64,000 bases of DNA from Eledone cirrhosa (taxonomy: Eukaryota). A program made the position numbers and the translations under genes. Shown piece by piece: positions 14,598 through 29,141 of the stretch (position 1 is its first letter; every line of letters begins with the position of its first letter). The DNA is taken from the NCBI GenBank assembly GCA_964016885.1, contig OZ024741.1:6572001-6636000 (forward strand). Direction: 5' to 3'. The notes beneath the pieces are model-generated. The model searched no databases, had not been told where the DNA came from, and worked only from the letters and a program-made list of their open reading frames with translations.

Positions 14598-17500
14598 AAT
14601 AGTTGATGACAGAGTACCTCAGACAATAGTTGAAGACAGAGTACGTCAGACAATAGTTGAAGACAGAGTACCTCAGACAATAGTTGAAGACAGAGTACCC
14701 CAGCCAATGAGAGACAGAATACCTCAGACAATAGTTGAAAACAGAGTACCTCAGACAATAGTTGAAAACAGAGTACCTCAGACATTAGTTGAAGACAGAG
14801 TACCTCAGACATTAGTTGAAGACAGAGTACCTCAGACATTAGTTGAAGACAGAGTACCTCAGACATTAGCTGAAGACAGAGTACCCCAGCCAATGAGAGA
14901 CAGAATACCTCAGACAATTGTTGAAGACTGAATACCTCAGACAATAGTTGAAGACAGAATACCTCAGACAATAGTTGAAGACAGAGTACCTCAGACAATA
15001 GTTGAAGACAGAATACCTCAGACAATAGTTGAAGACAAAGTACCTCAGACATTAGTTGAAGACAGAGTACCTCAGACAATAGTTGAAGACAGAGTACCCC
15101 AGCCAATGAGAGACAGAATACCTCAGACAATTGTTGAAGACTGAATACCTCAGACAATGGTTGAAGACAGAGTACCTCAGACAATAGTTGAAGACTGAAT
15201 ACCTCAGACAATAGTTGAAGACAGAGTACCTCAGACAATAGTTGAAGACAGAGTACCTCAGACAATAGTTGAAGACAGAATACCTCAGACAATGGTTGAA
15301 GACAGAGTACCTCAGACAATAGTTGAAGACAGAATACCTCAGACAATAGTTGAAGACAGAATACCTCAGACAATAGTTGAAGACAGAATACCTCAGACAA
15401 TAGTTGAAGACAGAGTACCTCACACAATAGTTGAAGACAGAGTACCCCAGCCAATGAGAGACAGAATACCTCAGACAATAGTTGAAGACAGTACCTCAAA
15501 CAATAGTTGAAAACAGAGTACCTCAGACAATAGTTGCAAACAGAGTACCTCAGACAATAGTTTAAGACAGAGTACCTCAGACAATAGTTTAAGACAGAGT
15601 ACCTCAGACAATAGTTTAAGACAGAGTACCCCAGCCAATGAGAGACAGAATACCTCAGACAATTGTTGAAGACAGTGTACCTCAGACAATAGTTTAAGAC
15701 TGAATACCTCAGACAATAGTTGAAGACAGAGTACCTCAGACAATAGTTGAAGACTGAATACCTCAGACAATAGTTGAAGACAAAGTACCTCAGATATTAG
15801 TTGAAGACAGAGTGCCTCAGACAATAGTTGAAGATAGAATACCTCAGACAATAGTTGAAGACTGAATACCTCAGACAATAGTTGAAGACAGAGTACCTCA
15901 GACAATAGTTGAAGACAGAGTACCTCAGACAATAGTTGAAGACAGAATACCTCAGACAATAGTTGAAGACAGAATACCTCAGACAATAGTTGAAGACAGA
16001 GTACCTCAGACAATAGTTGAAGACAGAGTACCCCCAGCCAATGAGAGACAGAATACCTTAGACAATAGTTGAAGTCAGACAATAGTTGAAGACAGAGTAT
16101 CTCAGACATTAGTTGAAGACAGAGTACCTCAGACAATAGTTGAAGACAGAGTACCTCAGACAATAGTTGAAGACAGTGTACCTCAGACAATAGTTGAAGA
16201 CAGAGTACCTCAGACAATAGTTGAAGACAGAATACCTCAGACAATGGTTGAAGACAGAGTACCTCAGACAATAGTTGAAGACAGAATACCTCAGACAATA
16301 GTTGAAGACAGAATACCTCAGACAATAGTTGAAGACAGAATACCTCAGACAATAGTTGAAGACAGAGTACCTCACACAATAGTTGAAGACAGAGTACCCC
16401 AGCCAATGAGAGACAGAATACCTCAGACAATAGTTGAAGACAGTACCTCAAACAATAGTTGAAAACAGAGTACCTCAGACAATAGTTGCAAACAGAGTAC
16501 CTCAGACAATAGTTTAAGACAGAGTACCTCAGACAATAGTTTAAGACAGAGTACCTCAGACAATAGTTTAAGACAGAGTACCCCAGCCAATGAGAGACAG
16601 AATACCTCAGACAATTGTTGAAGACAGTGTACCTCAGACAATAGTTTAAGACTGAATACCTCAGACAATAGTTGAAGACAGAGTACCTCAGACAATAGTT
16701 GAAGACTGAATACCTCAGACAATAGTTGAAGACAAAGTACCTCAGATATTAGTTGAAGACAGAGTGCCTCAGACAATAGTTGAAGATAGAATACCTCAGA
16801 CAATAGTTGAAGACTGAATACCTCAGACAATAGTTGAAGACAGAGTACCTCAGACAATAGTTGAAGACAGAGTACCTCAGACAATAGTTGAAGACAGAAT
16901 ACCTCAGACAATAGTTGAAGACAGAATACCTCAGACAATAGTTGAAGACAGAGTACCTCAGACAATAGTTGAAGACAGAGTACCCCCAGCCAATGAGAGA
17001 CAGAATACCTTAGACAATAGTTGAAGTCAGACAATAGTTGAAGACAGAGTATCTCAGACATTAGTTGAAGACAGAGTACCTCAGACAATAGTTGAAGACA
17101 GAGTACCTCAGACAATAGTTGAAGACAGTGTACCTCAGACAATAGTTGAAGACAGAGTACCTCAGACAATAGTTGAAGACAGAGTACCTCAGACAATAGT
17201 TGAAGACAGAGTACCTCAGACAATAGTTGAAGACAGAGTACCCCAGCCAATGAGAGACAGAATACCTCAGACAATTGTTGAAGACTGAATACCTCAGACA
17301 ATGGTTGAAGACAGAGTACCTCAGACAATAGTTGAAGACTGAATACCTCAGACAATAGTTGAAGACAGAATACCTCAGACAATAGTTGAAGACAGAGTAC
17401 CTCAGACAATAGTTGATGACAGAATACCTCAGACAATAGTTGAAGACAAAGTACCTCAGACATTAGTTGAAGACAGAGTACCTCAGACAATAGTTGAAGA

Positions 17501-18092
17501 CAGAATACCTCAGACAATAGTTGAAGACTGAATACCTCAGACAATAGTTGAAGACAGAGTACCTCAGACAATAGTTGAAGACAGAGTACCTCAGACAATA
17601 GTTGAAGACAGAGTACCCCAGACAATAGTTGAAGACAGAGTACCTCAGACAATAGTTGAAGACAGAGTACCTCAGACAATAGTTGAAGACAGAGTACCCC
17701 AGCCAATGAGAGACAGAATACCTCAGACAATAGTTGAAGACAGAGTACCTCAGACAATAGTTGAAGACTGAATACCTCAGACAATAGTTGAAGACAGAGT
17801 ACCTCAGACAATAGTTGAAGACAGAATACCTCAGACAATAGTTGAAGACAGAATACCTCAGACAATAGTTGAAGACAGAGTACCTCAGACAATAGTTGAA
17901 GACAGAGTACCCCCAGCCAATGAGAGACAGAGTACCTCAGACAATAGTTGAAGACAGAGTACCTCAGACAATAGTTGAAGACAGAGTATCTCAGACATTA
18001 GTTGAAGACAGAGTACCTCTGACAATATTTGAAGACAGAGTACCTCAGACAATAGTTGAAGACAGAGTAACTCAAACAATAGTTGAAGACAG

Positions 18093-19228
18093 CACCTATT
18101 GTCCCAAATGCAAAGTATGGGTGCATAAAAGATGTAGTGGGATCACAGGTAAGCTAACTAAGAATATAGATTTTACATGTGGCCGGTGCTCTGGTGCAAT
18201 AAGTAGCAGCAAGTGCCCATAGAATACTAGCTGATTCCATTGCACAGATGGTTCTATAGAAATAGTGGACACCTTCCGTTACTTGGGTGACAAAATCAGC
18301 AGTGGTGGAGGGTGCTCTAAAAGTACAGTAGCTAGAGTCAGAACTGGATGGAAAAAGTTCAGAGAGCTTATACCACTATTAGCCGCTAAAGGGTTCTCTC
18401 TAAAAATGAAAGGCAGGCTGTATGATGCCTGCATACGCACAGCAATGTTACATGGCAGGGAGACCCGGGCATTGTGTGCAGAGGATATACGTAGACTGGA
18501 GAGGAACGAAGCTTGCATGCTCCGCTGGATGTGTAATAGTAATATACGTGAACGGCAAAGCATAAACGAACTAAGGGAAAAATTAGAAATAGAGGGATCA
18601 GATGTTGTTTACTCGAGAGAAGACTACGTTGGTAAGGTCACGTGATGCGCATGAAAGACGACAGCTGTATAAAAATGTGCAGGGCAATAAAAATAGACGG
18701 TAGTCACGGAGTAAGCAGACCCAGAAAAACCTGGGACGACTTGATAAATTCCGACCTCACACACTTACACCTCTCCAAGACAATGTCACTGGACCGAGAT
18801 CTTTGGTGCTACACAGTAATTCAGAAGACCCGCCTTACCTAAGTATAAAGTGAAACCTACTACAGTCAGTAGGCACCTCTAACTAAAAAACACCTCTGTT
18901 CCACTACCCCCATTCCATCCACACCACCCCTTTCAATGTAAAGTTATGTTGGTACCACAACATCCAGTCCGAATAAAATGAGGTTGTGTAGGTGTCACGA
19001 CGAAAAAACACACAGTCCACGCTGTAATGTGGCCGTGTAGGCAACACGGTAAAAACCTCCCAGTCCACACTGTAAACGTGGTTGGTGTTAGGAAGGGCAT
19101 CCAGCCGTAGAAAACCCGCCAGACAGTCCTATGCGAGCAAGACAACCACTCTTGCCTAAAGTGGAAAAACTCCCATCCAAACCCACTCAAGCGTGGAAGA
19201 TGGACGTTAAACGATAATGATGATGATG
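18093..19228 (+). mobile_element. RTE fragment copy 5 (haplotype B, CCCATCC variant)
   Basis: B type; shares a G>A change (TCCCATCCAA) only with copy 7. Confidence 0.93.
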
Positions 19229-20579
19229 AATAGTTGATGACAGAGTACCTCAGACAATAGTTGAAGACAGAGTACGTCAGACAATAGTTGAAGACAGAGT
19301 ACCTCAGACAATAGTTGAAGACAGAGTACCCCAGCCAATGAGAGACAGAATACCTCAGACAATAGTTGAAAACAGAGTACCTCAGACAATAGTTGAAAAC
19401 AGAGTACCTCAGACATTAGTTGAAGACAGAGTACCTCAGACATTAGTTGAAGACAGAGTACCTCAGACATTAGTTGAAGACAGAGTACCTCAGACATTAG
19501 CTGAAGACAGAGTACCCCAGCCAATGAGAGACAGAATACCTCAGACAATTGTTGAAGACTGAATACCTCAGACAATAGTTGAAGACAGAATACCTCAGAC
19601 AATAGTTGAAGACAGAGTACCTCAGACAATAGTTGAAGACAGAATACCTCAGACAATAGTTGAAGACAAAGTACCTCAGACATTAGTTGAAGACAGAGTA
19701 CCTCAGACAATAGTTGAAGACAGAGTACCCCAGCCAATGAGAGACAGAATACCTCAGACAATTGTTGAAGACTGAATACCTCAGACAATGGTTGAAGACA
19801 GAGTACCTCAGACAATAGTTGAAGACTGAATACCTCAGACAATAGTTGAAGACAGAATACCTCAGACAATAGTTGAAGACAGAGTACCTCAGACAATAGT
19901 TGATGACAGAATACCTCAGACAATAGTTGAAGACAAAGTACCTCAGACATTAGTTGAAGACAGAGTACCTCAGACAATAGTTGAAGACAGAATACCTCAG
20001 ACAATAGTTGAAGACTGAATACCTCAGACAATAGTTGAAGACAGAGTACCTCAGACAATAGTTGAAGACAGAGTACCTCAGACAATAGTTGAAGACAGAG
20101 TACCCCAGACAATAGTTGAAGACAGAGTACCTCAGACAATAGTTGAAGACAGAGTACCTCAGACAATAGTTGAAGACAGAGTACCCCAGCCAATGAGAGA
20201 CAGAATACCTCAGACAATAGTTGAAGACAGAGTACCTCAGACAATAGTTGAAGACTGAATACCTCAGACAATAGTTGAAGACAGAGTACCTCAGACAATA
20301 GTTGAAGACAGAATACCTCAGACAATAGTTGAAGACAGAATACCTCAGACAATAGTTGAAGACAGAGTACCTCAGACAATAGTTGAAGACAGAGTACCCC
20401 CAGCCAATGAGAGACAGAGTACCTCAGACAATAGTTGAAGACAGAGTACCTCAGACAATAGTTGAAGACAGAGTATCTCAGACATTAGTTGAAGACAGAG
20501 TACCTCTGACAATATTTGAAGACAGAGTACCTCAGACAATAGTTGAAGACAGAGTAACTCAAACAATAGTTGAAGACAG

Positions 20580-21715
20580 CACCTATTGTCCCAAATGCAA
20601 AGTATGGGTGCATAAAAGATGTAGTGGGATCACAGGTAAGCTAACTAAGAATATAGATTTTACATGTGGCCGGTGCTCTGGTGCAATAAGTAGCAGCAAG
20701 TGCCCATAGAATACTAGCTGATTCCATTGCACAGATGGTTCTATAGAAATAGTGGACACCTTCCGTTACTTGGGTGACAAAATCAGCAGTGGTGGAGGGT
20801 GCTCTAAAAGTACAGTAGCTAGAGTCAGAACTGGATGGAAAAAGTTCAGAGAGCTTATACCACTATTAGCCGCTAAAGGGTTCTCTCTAAAAATGAAAGG
20901 CAGGCTGTATGATGCCTGCATACGCACAGCAATGTTACATGGCAGGGAGACCCGGGCATTGTGTGCAGAGGATATACGTAGACTGGAGAGGAACGAAGCT
21001 TGCATGCTCCGCTGGATGTGTAATAGTAATATACGTGAACGGCAAAGCATAAACGAACTAAGGGAAAAATTAGAAATAGAGGGATCAGATGTTGTTTACT
21101 CGAGAGAAGACTACGTTGGTAAGGTCACGTGATGCGCATGAAAGACGACAGCTGTATAAAAATGTGCAGGGCAATAAAAATAGACGGTAGTCACGGAGTA
21201 AGCAGACCCAGAAAAACCTGGGACGACTTGATAAATTCCGACCTCACACACTTACACCTCTCCAAGACAATGTCACTGGACCGAGATCTTTGGTGCTACA
21301 CAGTAATTCAGAAGACCCGCCTTACCTAAGTATAAAGTGAAACCTACTACAGTCAGTAGGCACCTCTAACTAAAAAACACCTCTGTTCCACTACCCCCAT
21401 TCCATCCACACCACCCCTTTCAATGTAAAGTTATGTTGGTACCACAACATCCAGTCCGAATAAAATGAGGTTGTGTAGGTGTCACGACGAAAAAACACAC
21501 AGTCCACGCTGTAATGTGGCCGTGTAGGCAACACGGTAAAAACCTCCCAGTCCACACTGTAAACGTGGTTGGTGTTAGGAAGGGCATCCAGCCGTAGAAA
21601 ACCCGCCAGACAGTCCTATGCGAGCAAGACAACCACTCTTGCCTAAAGTGGAAAAACTCCCGTCCAAACCCACTCAAGCGTGGAAGATGGACGTTAAACG
21701 ATAATGATGATGATG
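20580..21715 (+). mobile_element. RTE fragment copy 6 (haplotype B)
   Basis: Same junctions and ORF fragments as copy 2. Confidence 0.93.
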
Positions 21716-24700
21716 AATAGTTGATGACAGAGTACCTCAGACAATAGTTGAAGACAGAGTACGTCAGACAATAGTTGAAGACAGAGTACCTCAGACAATA
21801 GTTGAAGACAGAGTACCCCAGCCAATGAGAGACAGAATACCTCAGACAATAGTTGAAAACAGAGTACCTCAGACAATAGTTGAAAACAGAGTACCTCAGA
21901 CAATAGTTGAAAACAGAGTACCTCAGACATTAGTTGAAGACAGAGTACCTCAGACATTAGTTGAAGACAGAGTACCTCAGACATTAGTTGAAGACAGAGT
22001 ACCTCAGACATTAGCTGAAGACAGAGTACCCCAGCCAATGAGAGACAGAATACCTCAGACAATAGTTGAAGACAGAATACCTCAGACAATAGTTGAAGAC
22101 AGAGTACCTCAGACAATAGTTGAAGACAGAATACCTCAGACAATAGTTGAAGACAAAGTACCTCAGACATTAGTTGAAGACAGAGTACCTCAGACAATAG
22201 TTGAAGACAGAATACCTCAGACAATAGTTGAAGACTGAATACCTCAGACAATAGTTGAAGACAGAGTACCTCAGACAATAGTTGAAGACAGAATACCTCA
22301 GACATTAGTTGAAGACAGAGTACCTCAGACATTAGTTGAAGACAGAGTACCTCAGACAATAGTTTAAGACAGAGTACCCCAGCCAATGAGAGACAGAATA
22401 CCTCAGACAATTGTTGAAGACTGAATACCTCAGACAATAGTTGAAGACACAATACCTCAGACAATAGTTGAAGACAGAGTACCTCAGACAATAGTTGAAG
22501 ACAGAGTACCCCAGCCAATGAGAGACAGAATACCTCAGACAATAGTTGAAAACAGAGTACCTCAGACAATAGTTGAAAACAGAGTACCTCAGACAATAGT
22601 TGAAAACAGAGTACCTCAGACATTAGTTGAAGACAGAGTACCTCAGACATTAGTTGAAGACAGAGTACCTCAGACAATAGTTTAAGACAGAGTACCCCAG
22701 CCAATGAGAGACAGAATACCTCAGACAATTGTTGAAGACTGAATACCTCAGACAATAGTTGAAGACAGAATACCTCAGACAATAGTTGAAGACAGAGTAC
22801 CTCAGACAATAGTTGAAGACAGAATACCTCAGACAATAGTTGAAGACAAAGTACCTCAGACATTAGTTGAAGACAGAGTACCTCAGACAATAGTTGAAGA
22901 CAGAATACCTCAGACAATAGTTGAAGACTGAATACCTCAGACAATAGTTGAAGACAGAGTACCTCAGACAATAGTTGAAGACAGAATACCTCAGACAATA
23001 GTTGAAGACAGAATACCTCAGACAATAGTTGAAGACAGAATACCTCAGACAATAGTTGAAGACAGAGTACCTCAGACAATAGTTGAAGACAGAGTACCTC
23101 AGACAATAGTTGAAGACAGAGTACCTCAGACAATAGTTGAAGACAGAGTACCTCAGACAATAGTTGAAGACAGAGTACCTCAGACAATAGTTGAAGACAG
23201 AGTACCTCAGACAATAGTTGAAGACAGAGTACCTCAGACAATAGTTGAAGACAGAGTACCTCAGACATTAGTTGAAGACAGAGTACCTCAGACATTAGTT
23301 GAAGACAGAGTACCTCAGTCAATAGTTGAAGACAGAGTACCTCAGTCAATAGTTGAAGACAGAGTACCTCAGACAATAGTTGAAGACAGAGTACCTCAGA
23401 CAATAGTTGAAGACAGAGTACCTCAGACAATAGTTTAAGACAGAGTACCTCAGACAATAGTTTAAGACAGAGTACCCCAGCCAATGAGAGACAGAATACC
23501 TCAGACAATTGTTGAAGACAGTGTACCTCAGACAATAGTTTAAGACTGAATACCTCAGACAATAGTTGAAGACAAAGTACCTCAGATATTAGTTGAAGAC
23601 AGAGTGCCTCAGACAATAGTTGAAGATAGAATACCTCAGACAATAGTTGAAGACTGAATACCTCAGACAATAGTTGAAGACAGAGTACCTCAGACAATAG
23701 TTGAAGACAGAGTACCTCAGACAATAGTTGAAGACAGAATACCTCAGACAATAGTTGAAGACAGAATACCTCAGACAATAGTTGAAGACAGAGTACCTCA
23801 CACAATAGTTGAAGACAGAGTACCCCAGCCAATGAGAGACAGAATACCTCAGACAATAGTTGAAGACAGTACCTCAAACAATAGTTGAAAACAGAGTACC
23901 TCAGACAATAGTTGCAAACAGAGTACCTCAGACAATAGTTTAAGACAGAGTACCTCAGACAATAGTTTAAGACAGAGTACCTCAGACAATAGTTTAAGAC
24001 AGAGTACCCCAGCCAATGAGAGACAGAATACCTCAGACAATTGTTGAAGACAGTGTACCTCAGACAATAGTTTAAGACTGAATACCTCAGACAATAGTTG
24101 AAGACAGAGTACCTCAGACAATAGTTGAAGACTGAATACCTCAGACAATAGTTGAAGACAAAGTACCTCAGATATTAGTTTAAGACAGAGTGCCTCAGAC
24201 AATAGTTGAAGATAGAATACCTCAGACAATAGTTGAAGACTGAATACCTCAGACAATAGTTGAAGACAGAGTACCTCAGACAATAGTTGAAGACAGAGTA
24301 CCTCAGACAATAGTTGAAGACAGAATACCTCAGACAATAGTTGAAGACAGAATACCTCAGACAATAGTTGAAGACAGAGTACCTCAGACAATAGTTGAAG
24401 ACAGAGTACCCCCAGCCAATGAGAGACAGAATACCTTAGACAATAGTTGAAGTCAGACAATAGTTGAAGACAGAGTATCTCAGACATTAGTTGAAGACAG
24501 AGTACCTCAGACAATAGTTGAAGACAGAGTACCTCAGACAATAGTTGAAGACAGTGTACCTCAGACAATAGTTGAAGACAGAGTACCTCAGACAATAGTT
24601 GAAGACAGAGTACCTCAGACAATAGTTGAAGACAGAGTACCTCAGACAATAGTTGAAGACAGAGTACCCCAGCCAATGAGAGACAGAATACCTCAGACAA

Positions 24701-25518
24701 TTGTTGAAGACTGAATACCTCAGACAATGGTTGAAGACAGAGTACCTCAGACAATAGTTGAAGACTGAATACCTCAGACAATAGTTGAAGACAGAATACC
24801 TCAGACAATAGTTGAAGACAGAGTACCTCAGACAATAGTTGATGACAGAATACCTCAGACAATAGTTGAAGACAAAGTACCTCAGACATTAGTTGAAGAC
24901 AGAGTACCTCAGACAATAGTTGAAGACAGAATACCTCAGACAATAGTTGAAGACTGAATACCTCAGACAATAGTTGAAGACAGAGTACCTCAGACAATAG
25001 TTGAAGACAGAGTACCTCAGACAATAGTTGAAGACAGAGTACCCCAGACAATAGTTGAAGACAGAGTACCTCAGACAATAGTTGAAGACAGAGTACCTCA
25101 GACAATAGTTGAAGACAGAGTACCCCAGCCAATGAGAGACAGAATACCTCAGACAATAGTTGAAGACAGAGTACCTCAGACAATAGTTGAAGACTGAATA
25201 CCTCAGACAATAGTTGAAGACAGAGTACCTCAGACAATAGTTGAAGACAGAATACCTCAGACAATAGTTGAAGACAGAATACCTCAGACAATAGTTGAAG
25301 ACAGAGTACCTCAGACAATAGTTGAAGACAGAGTACCCCCAGCCAATGAGAGACAGAGTACCTCAGACAATAGTTGAAGACAGAGTACCTCAGACAATAG
25401 TTGAAGACAGAGTATCTCAGACATTAGTTGAAGACAGAGTACCTCTGACAATATTTGAAGACAGAGTACCTCAGACAATAGTTGAAGACAGAGTAACTCA
25501 AACAATAGTTGAAGACAG

Positions 25519-26654
25519 CACCTATTGTCCCAAATGCAAAGTATGGGTGCATAAAAGATGTAGTGGGATCACAGGTAAGCTAACTAAGAATATAGATTTT
25601 ACATGTGGCCGGTGCTCTGGTGCAATAAGTAGCAGCAAGTGCCCATAGAATACTAGCTGATTCCATTGCACAGATGGTTCTATAGAAATAGTGGACACCT
25701 TCCGTTACTTGGGTGACAAAATCAGCAGTGGTGGAGGGTGCTCTAAAAGTACAGTAGCTAGAGTCAGAACTGGATGGAAAAAGTTCAGAGAGCTTATACC
25801 ACTATTAGCCGCTAAAGGGTTCTCTCTAAAAATGAAAGGCAGGCTGTATGATGCCTGCATACGCACAGCAATGTTACATGGCAGGGAGACCCGGGCATTG
25901 TGTGCAGAGGATATACGTAGACTGGAGAGGAACGAAGCTTGCATGCTCCGCTGGATGTGTAATAGTAATATACGTGAACGGCAAAGCATAAACGAACTAA
26001 GGGAAAAATTAGAAATAGAGGGATCAGATGTTGTTTACTCGAGAGAAGACTACGTTGGTAAGGTCACGTGATGCGCATGAAAGACGACAGCTGTATAAAA
26101 ATGTGCAGGGCAATAAAAATAGACGGTAGTCACGGAGTAAGCAGACCCAGAAAAACCTGGGACGACTTGATAAATTCCGACCTCACACACTTACACCTCT
26201 CCAAGACAATGTCACTGGACCGAGATCTTTGGTGCTACACAGTAATTCAGAAGACCCGCCTTACCTAAGTATAAAGTGAAACCTACTACAGTCAGTAGGC
26301 ACCTCTAACTAAAAAACACCTCTGTTCCACTACCCCCATTCCATCCACACCACCCCTTTCAATGTAAAGTTATGTTGGTACCACAACATCCAGTCCGAAT
26401 AAAATGAGGTTGTGTAGGTGTCACGACGAAAAAACACACAGTCCACGCTGTAATGTGGCCGTGTAGGCAACACGGTAAAAACCTCCCAGTCCACACTGTA
26501 AACGTGGTTGGTGTTAGGAAGGGCATCCAGCCGTAGAAAACCCGCCAGACAGTCCTATGCGAGCAAGACAACCACTCTTGCCTAAAGTGGAAAAACTCCC
26601 ATCCAAACCCACTCAAGCGTGGAAGATGGACGTTAAACGATAATGATGATGATG
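25519..26654 (+). mobile_element. RTE fragment copy 7 (haplotype B, CCCATCC variant)
   Basis: Duplicate of copy 5 at +7426. Confidence 0.93.
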
Positions 26655-28005
26655 AATAGTTGATGACAGAGTACCTCAGACAATAGTTGAAGACAGAGTA
26701 CGTCAGACAATAGTTGAAGACAGAGTACCTCAGACAATAGTTGAAGACAGAGTACCCCAGCCAATGAGAGACAGAATACCTCAGACAATAGTTGAAAACA
26801 GAGTACCTCAGACAATAGTTGAAAACAGAGTACCTCAGACATTAGTTGAAGACAGAGTACCTCAGACATTAGTTGAAGACAGAGTACCTCAGACATTAGT
26901 TGAAGACAGAGTACCTCAGACATTAGCTGAAGACAGAGTACCCCAGCCAATGAGAGACAGAATACCTCAGACAATTGTTGAAGACTGAATACCTCAGACA
27001 ATAGTTGAAGACAGAATACCTCAGACAATAGTTGAAGACAGAGTACCTCAGACAATAGTTGAAGACAGAATACCTCAGACAATAGTTGAAGACAAAGTAC
27101 CTCAGACATTAGTTGAAGACAGAGTACCTCAGACAATAGTTGAAGACAGAGTACCCCAGCCAATGAGAGACAGAATACCTCAGACAATTGTTGAAGACTG
27201 AATACCTCAGACAATGGTTGAAGACAGAGTACCTCAGACAATAGTTGAAGACTGAATACCTCAGACAATAGTTGAAGACAGAATACCTCAGACAATAGTT
27301 GAAGACAGAGTACCTCAGACAATAGTTGATGACAGAATACCTCAGACAATAGTTGAAGACAAAGTACCTCAGACATTAGTTGAAGACAGAGTACCTCAGA
27401 CAATAGTTGAAGACAGAATACCTCAGACAATAGTTGAAGACTGAATACCTCAGACAATAGTTGAAGACAGAGTACCTCAGACAATAGTTGAAGACAGAGT
27501 ACCTCAGACAATAGTTGAAGACAGAGTACCCCAGACAATAGTTGAAGACAGAGTACCTCAGACAATAGTTGAAGACAGAGTACCTCAGACAATAGTTGAA
27601 GACAGAGTACCCCAGCCAATGAGAGACAGAATACCTCAGACAATAGTTGAAGACAGAGTACCTCAGACAATAGTTGAAGACTGAATACCTCAGACAATAG
27701 TTGAAGACAGAGTACCTCAGACAATAGTTGAAGACAGAATACCTCAGACAATAGTTGAAGACAGAATACCTCAGACAATAGTTGAAGACAGAGTACCTCA
27801 GACAATAGTTGAAGACAGAGTACCCCCAGCCAATGAGAGACAGAGTACCTCAGACAATAGTTGAAGACAGAGTACCTCAGACAATAGTTGAAGACAGAGT
27901 ATCTCAGACATTAGTTGAAGACAGAGTACCTCTGACAATATTTGAAGACAGAGTACCTCAGACAATAGTTGAAGACAGAGTAACTCAAACAATAGTTGAA
28001 GACAG

Positions 28006-29141
28006 CACCTATTGTCCCAAATGCAAAGTATGGGTGCATAAAAGATGTAGTGGGATCACAGGTAAGCTAACTAAGAATATAGATTTTACATGTGGCCGGT
28101 GCTCTGGTGCAATAAGTAGCAGCAAGTGCCCATAGAATACTAGCTGATTCCATTGCACAGATGGTTCTATAGAAATAGTGGACACCTTCCGTTACTTGGG
28201 TGACAAAATCAGCAGTGGTGGAGGGTGCTCTAAAAGTACAGTAGCTAGAGTCAGAACTGGATGGAAAAAGTTCAGAGAGCTTATACCACTATTAGCCGCT
28301 AAAGGGTTCTCTCTAAAAATGAAAGGCAGGCTGTATGATGCCTGCATACGCACAGCAATGTTACATGGCAGGGAGACCCGGGCATTGTGTGCAGAGGATA
28401 TACGTAGACTGGAGAGGAACGAAGCTTGCATGCTCCGCTGGATGTGTAATAGTAATATACGTGAACGGCAAAGCATAAACGAACTAAGGGAAAAATTAGA
28501 AATAGAGGGATCAGATGTTGTTTACTCGAGAGAAGACTACGTTGGTAAGGTCACGTGATGCGCATGAAAGACGACAGCTGTATAAAAATGTGCAGGGCAA
28601 TAAAAATAGACGGTAGTCACGGAGTAAGCAGACCCAGAAAAACCTGGGACGACTTGATAAATTCCGACCTCACACACTTACACCTCTCCAAGACAATGTC
28701 ACTGGACCGAGATCTTTGGTGCTACACAGTAATTCAGAAGACCCGCCTTACCTAAGTATAAAGTGAAACCTACTACAGTCAGTAGGCACCTCTAACTAAA
28801 AAACACCTCTGTTCCACTACCCCCATTCCATCCACACCACCCCTTTCAATGTAAAGTTATGTTGGTACCACAACATCCAGTCCGAATAAAATGAGGTTGT
28901 GTAGGTGTCACGACGAAAAAACACACAGTCCACGCTGTAATGTGGCCGTGTAGGCAACACGGTAAAAACCTCCCAGTCCACACTGTAAACGTGGTTGGTG
29001 TTAGGAAGGGCATCCAGCCGTAGAAAACCCGCCAGACAGTCCTATGCGAGCAAGACAACCACTCTTGCCTAAAGTGGAAAAACTCCCGTCCAAACCCACT
29101 CAAGCGTGGAAGATGGACGTTAAACGATAATGATGATGATG
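28006..29141 (+). mobile_element. RTE fragment copy 8 (haplotype B)
   Basis: Duplicate of copy 6 at +7426. Confidence 0.93.
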
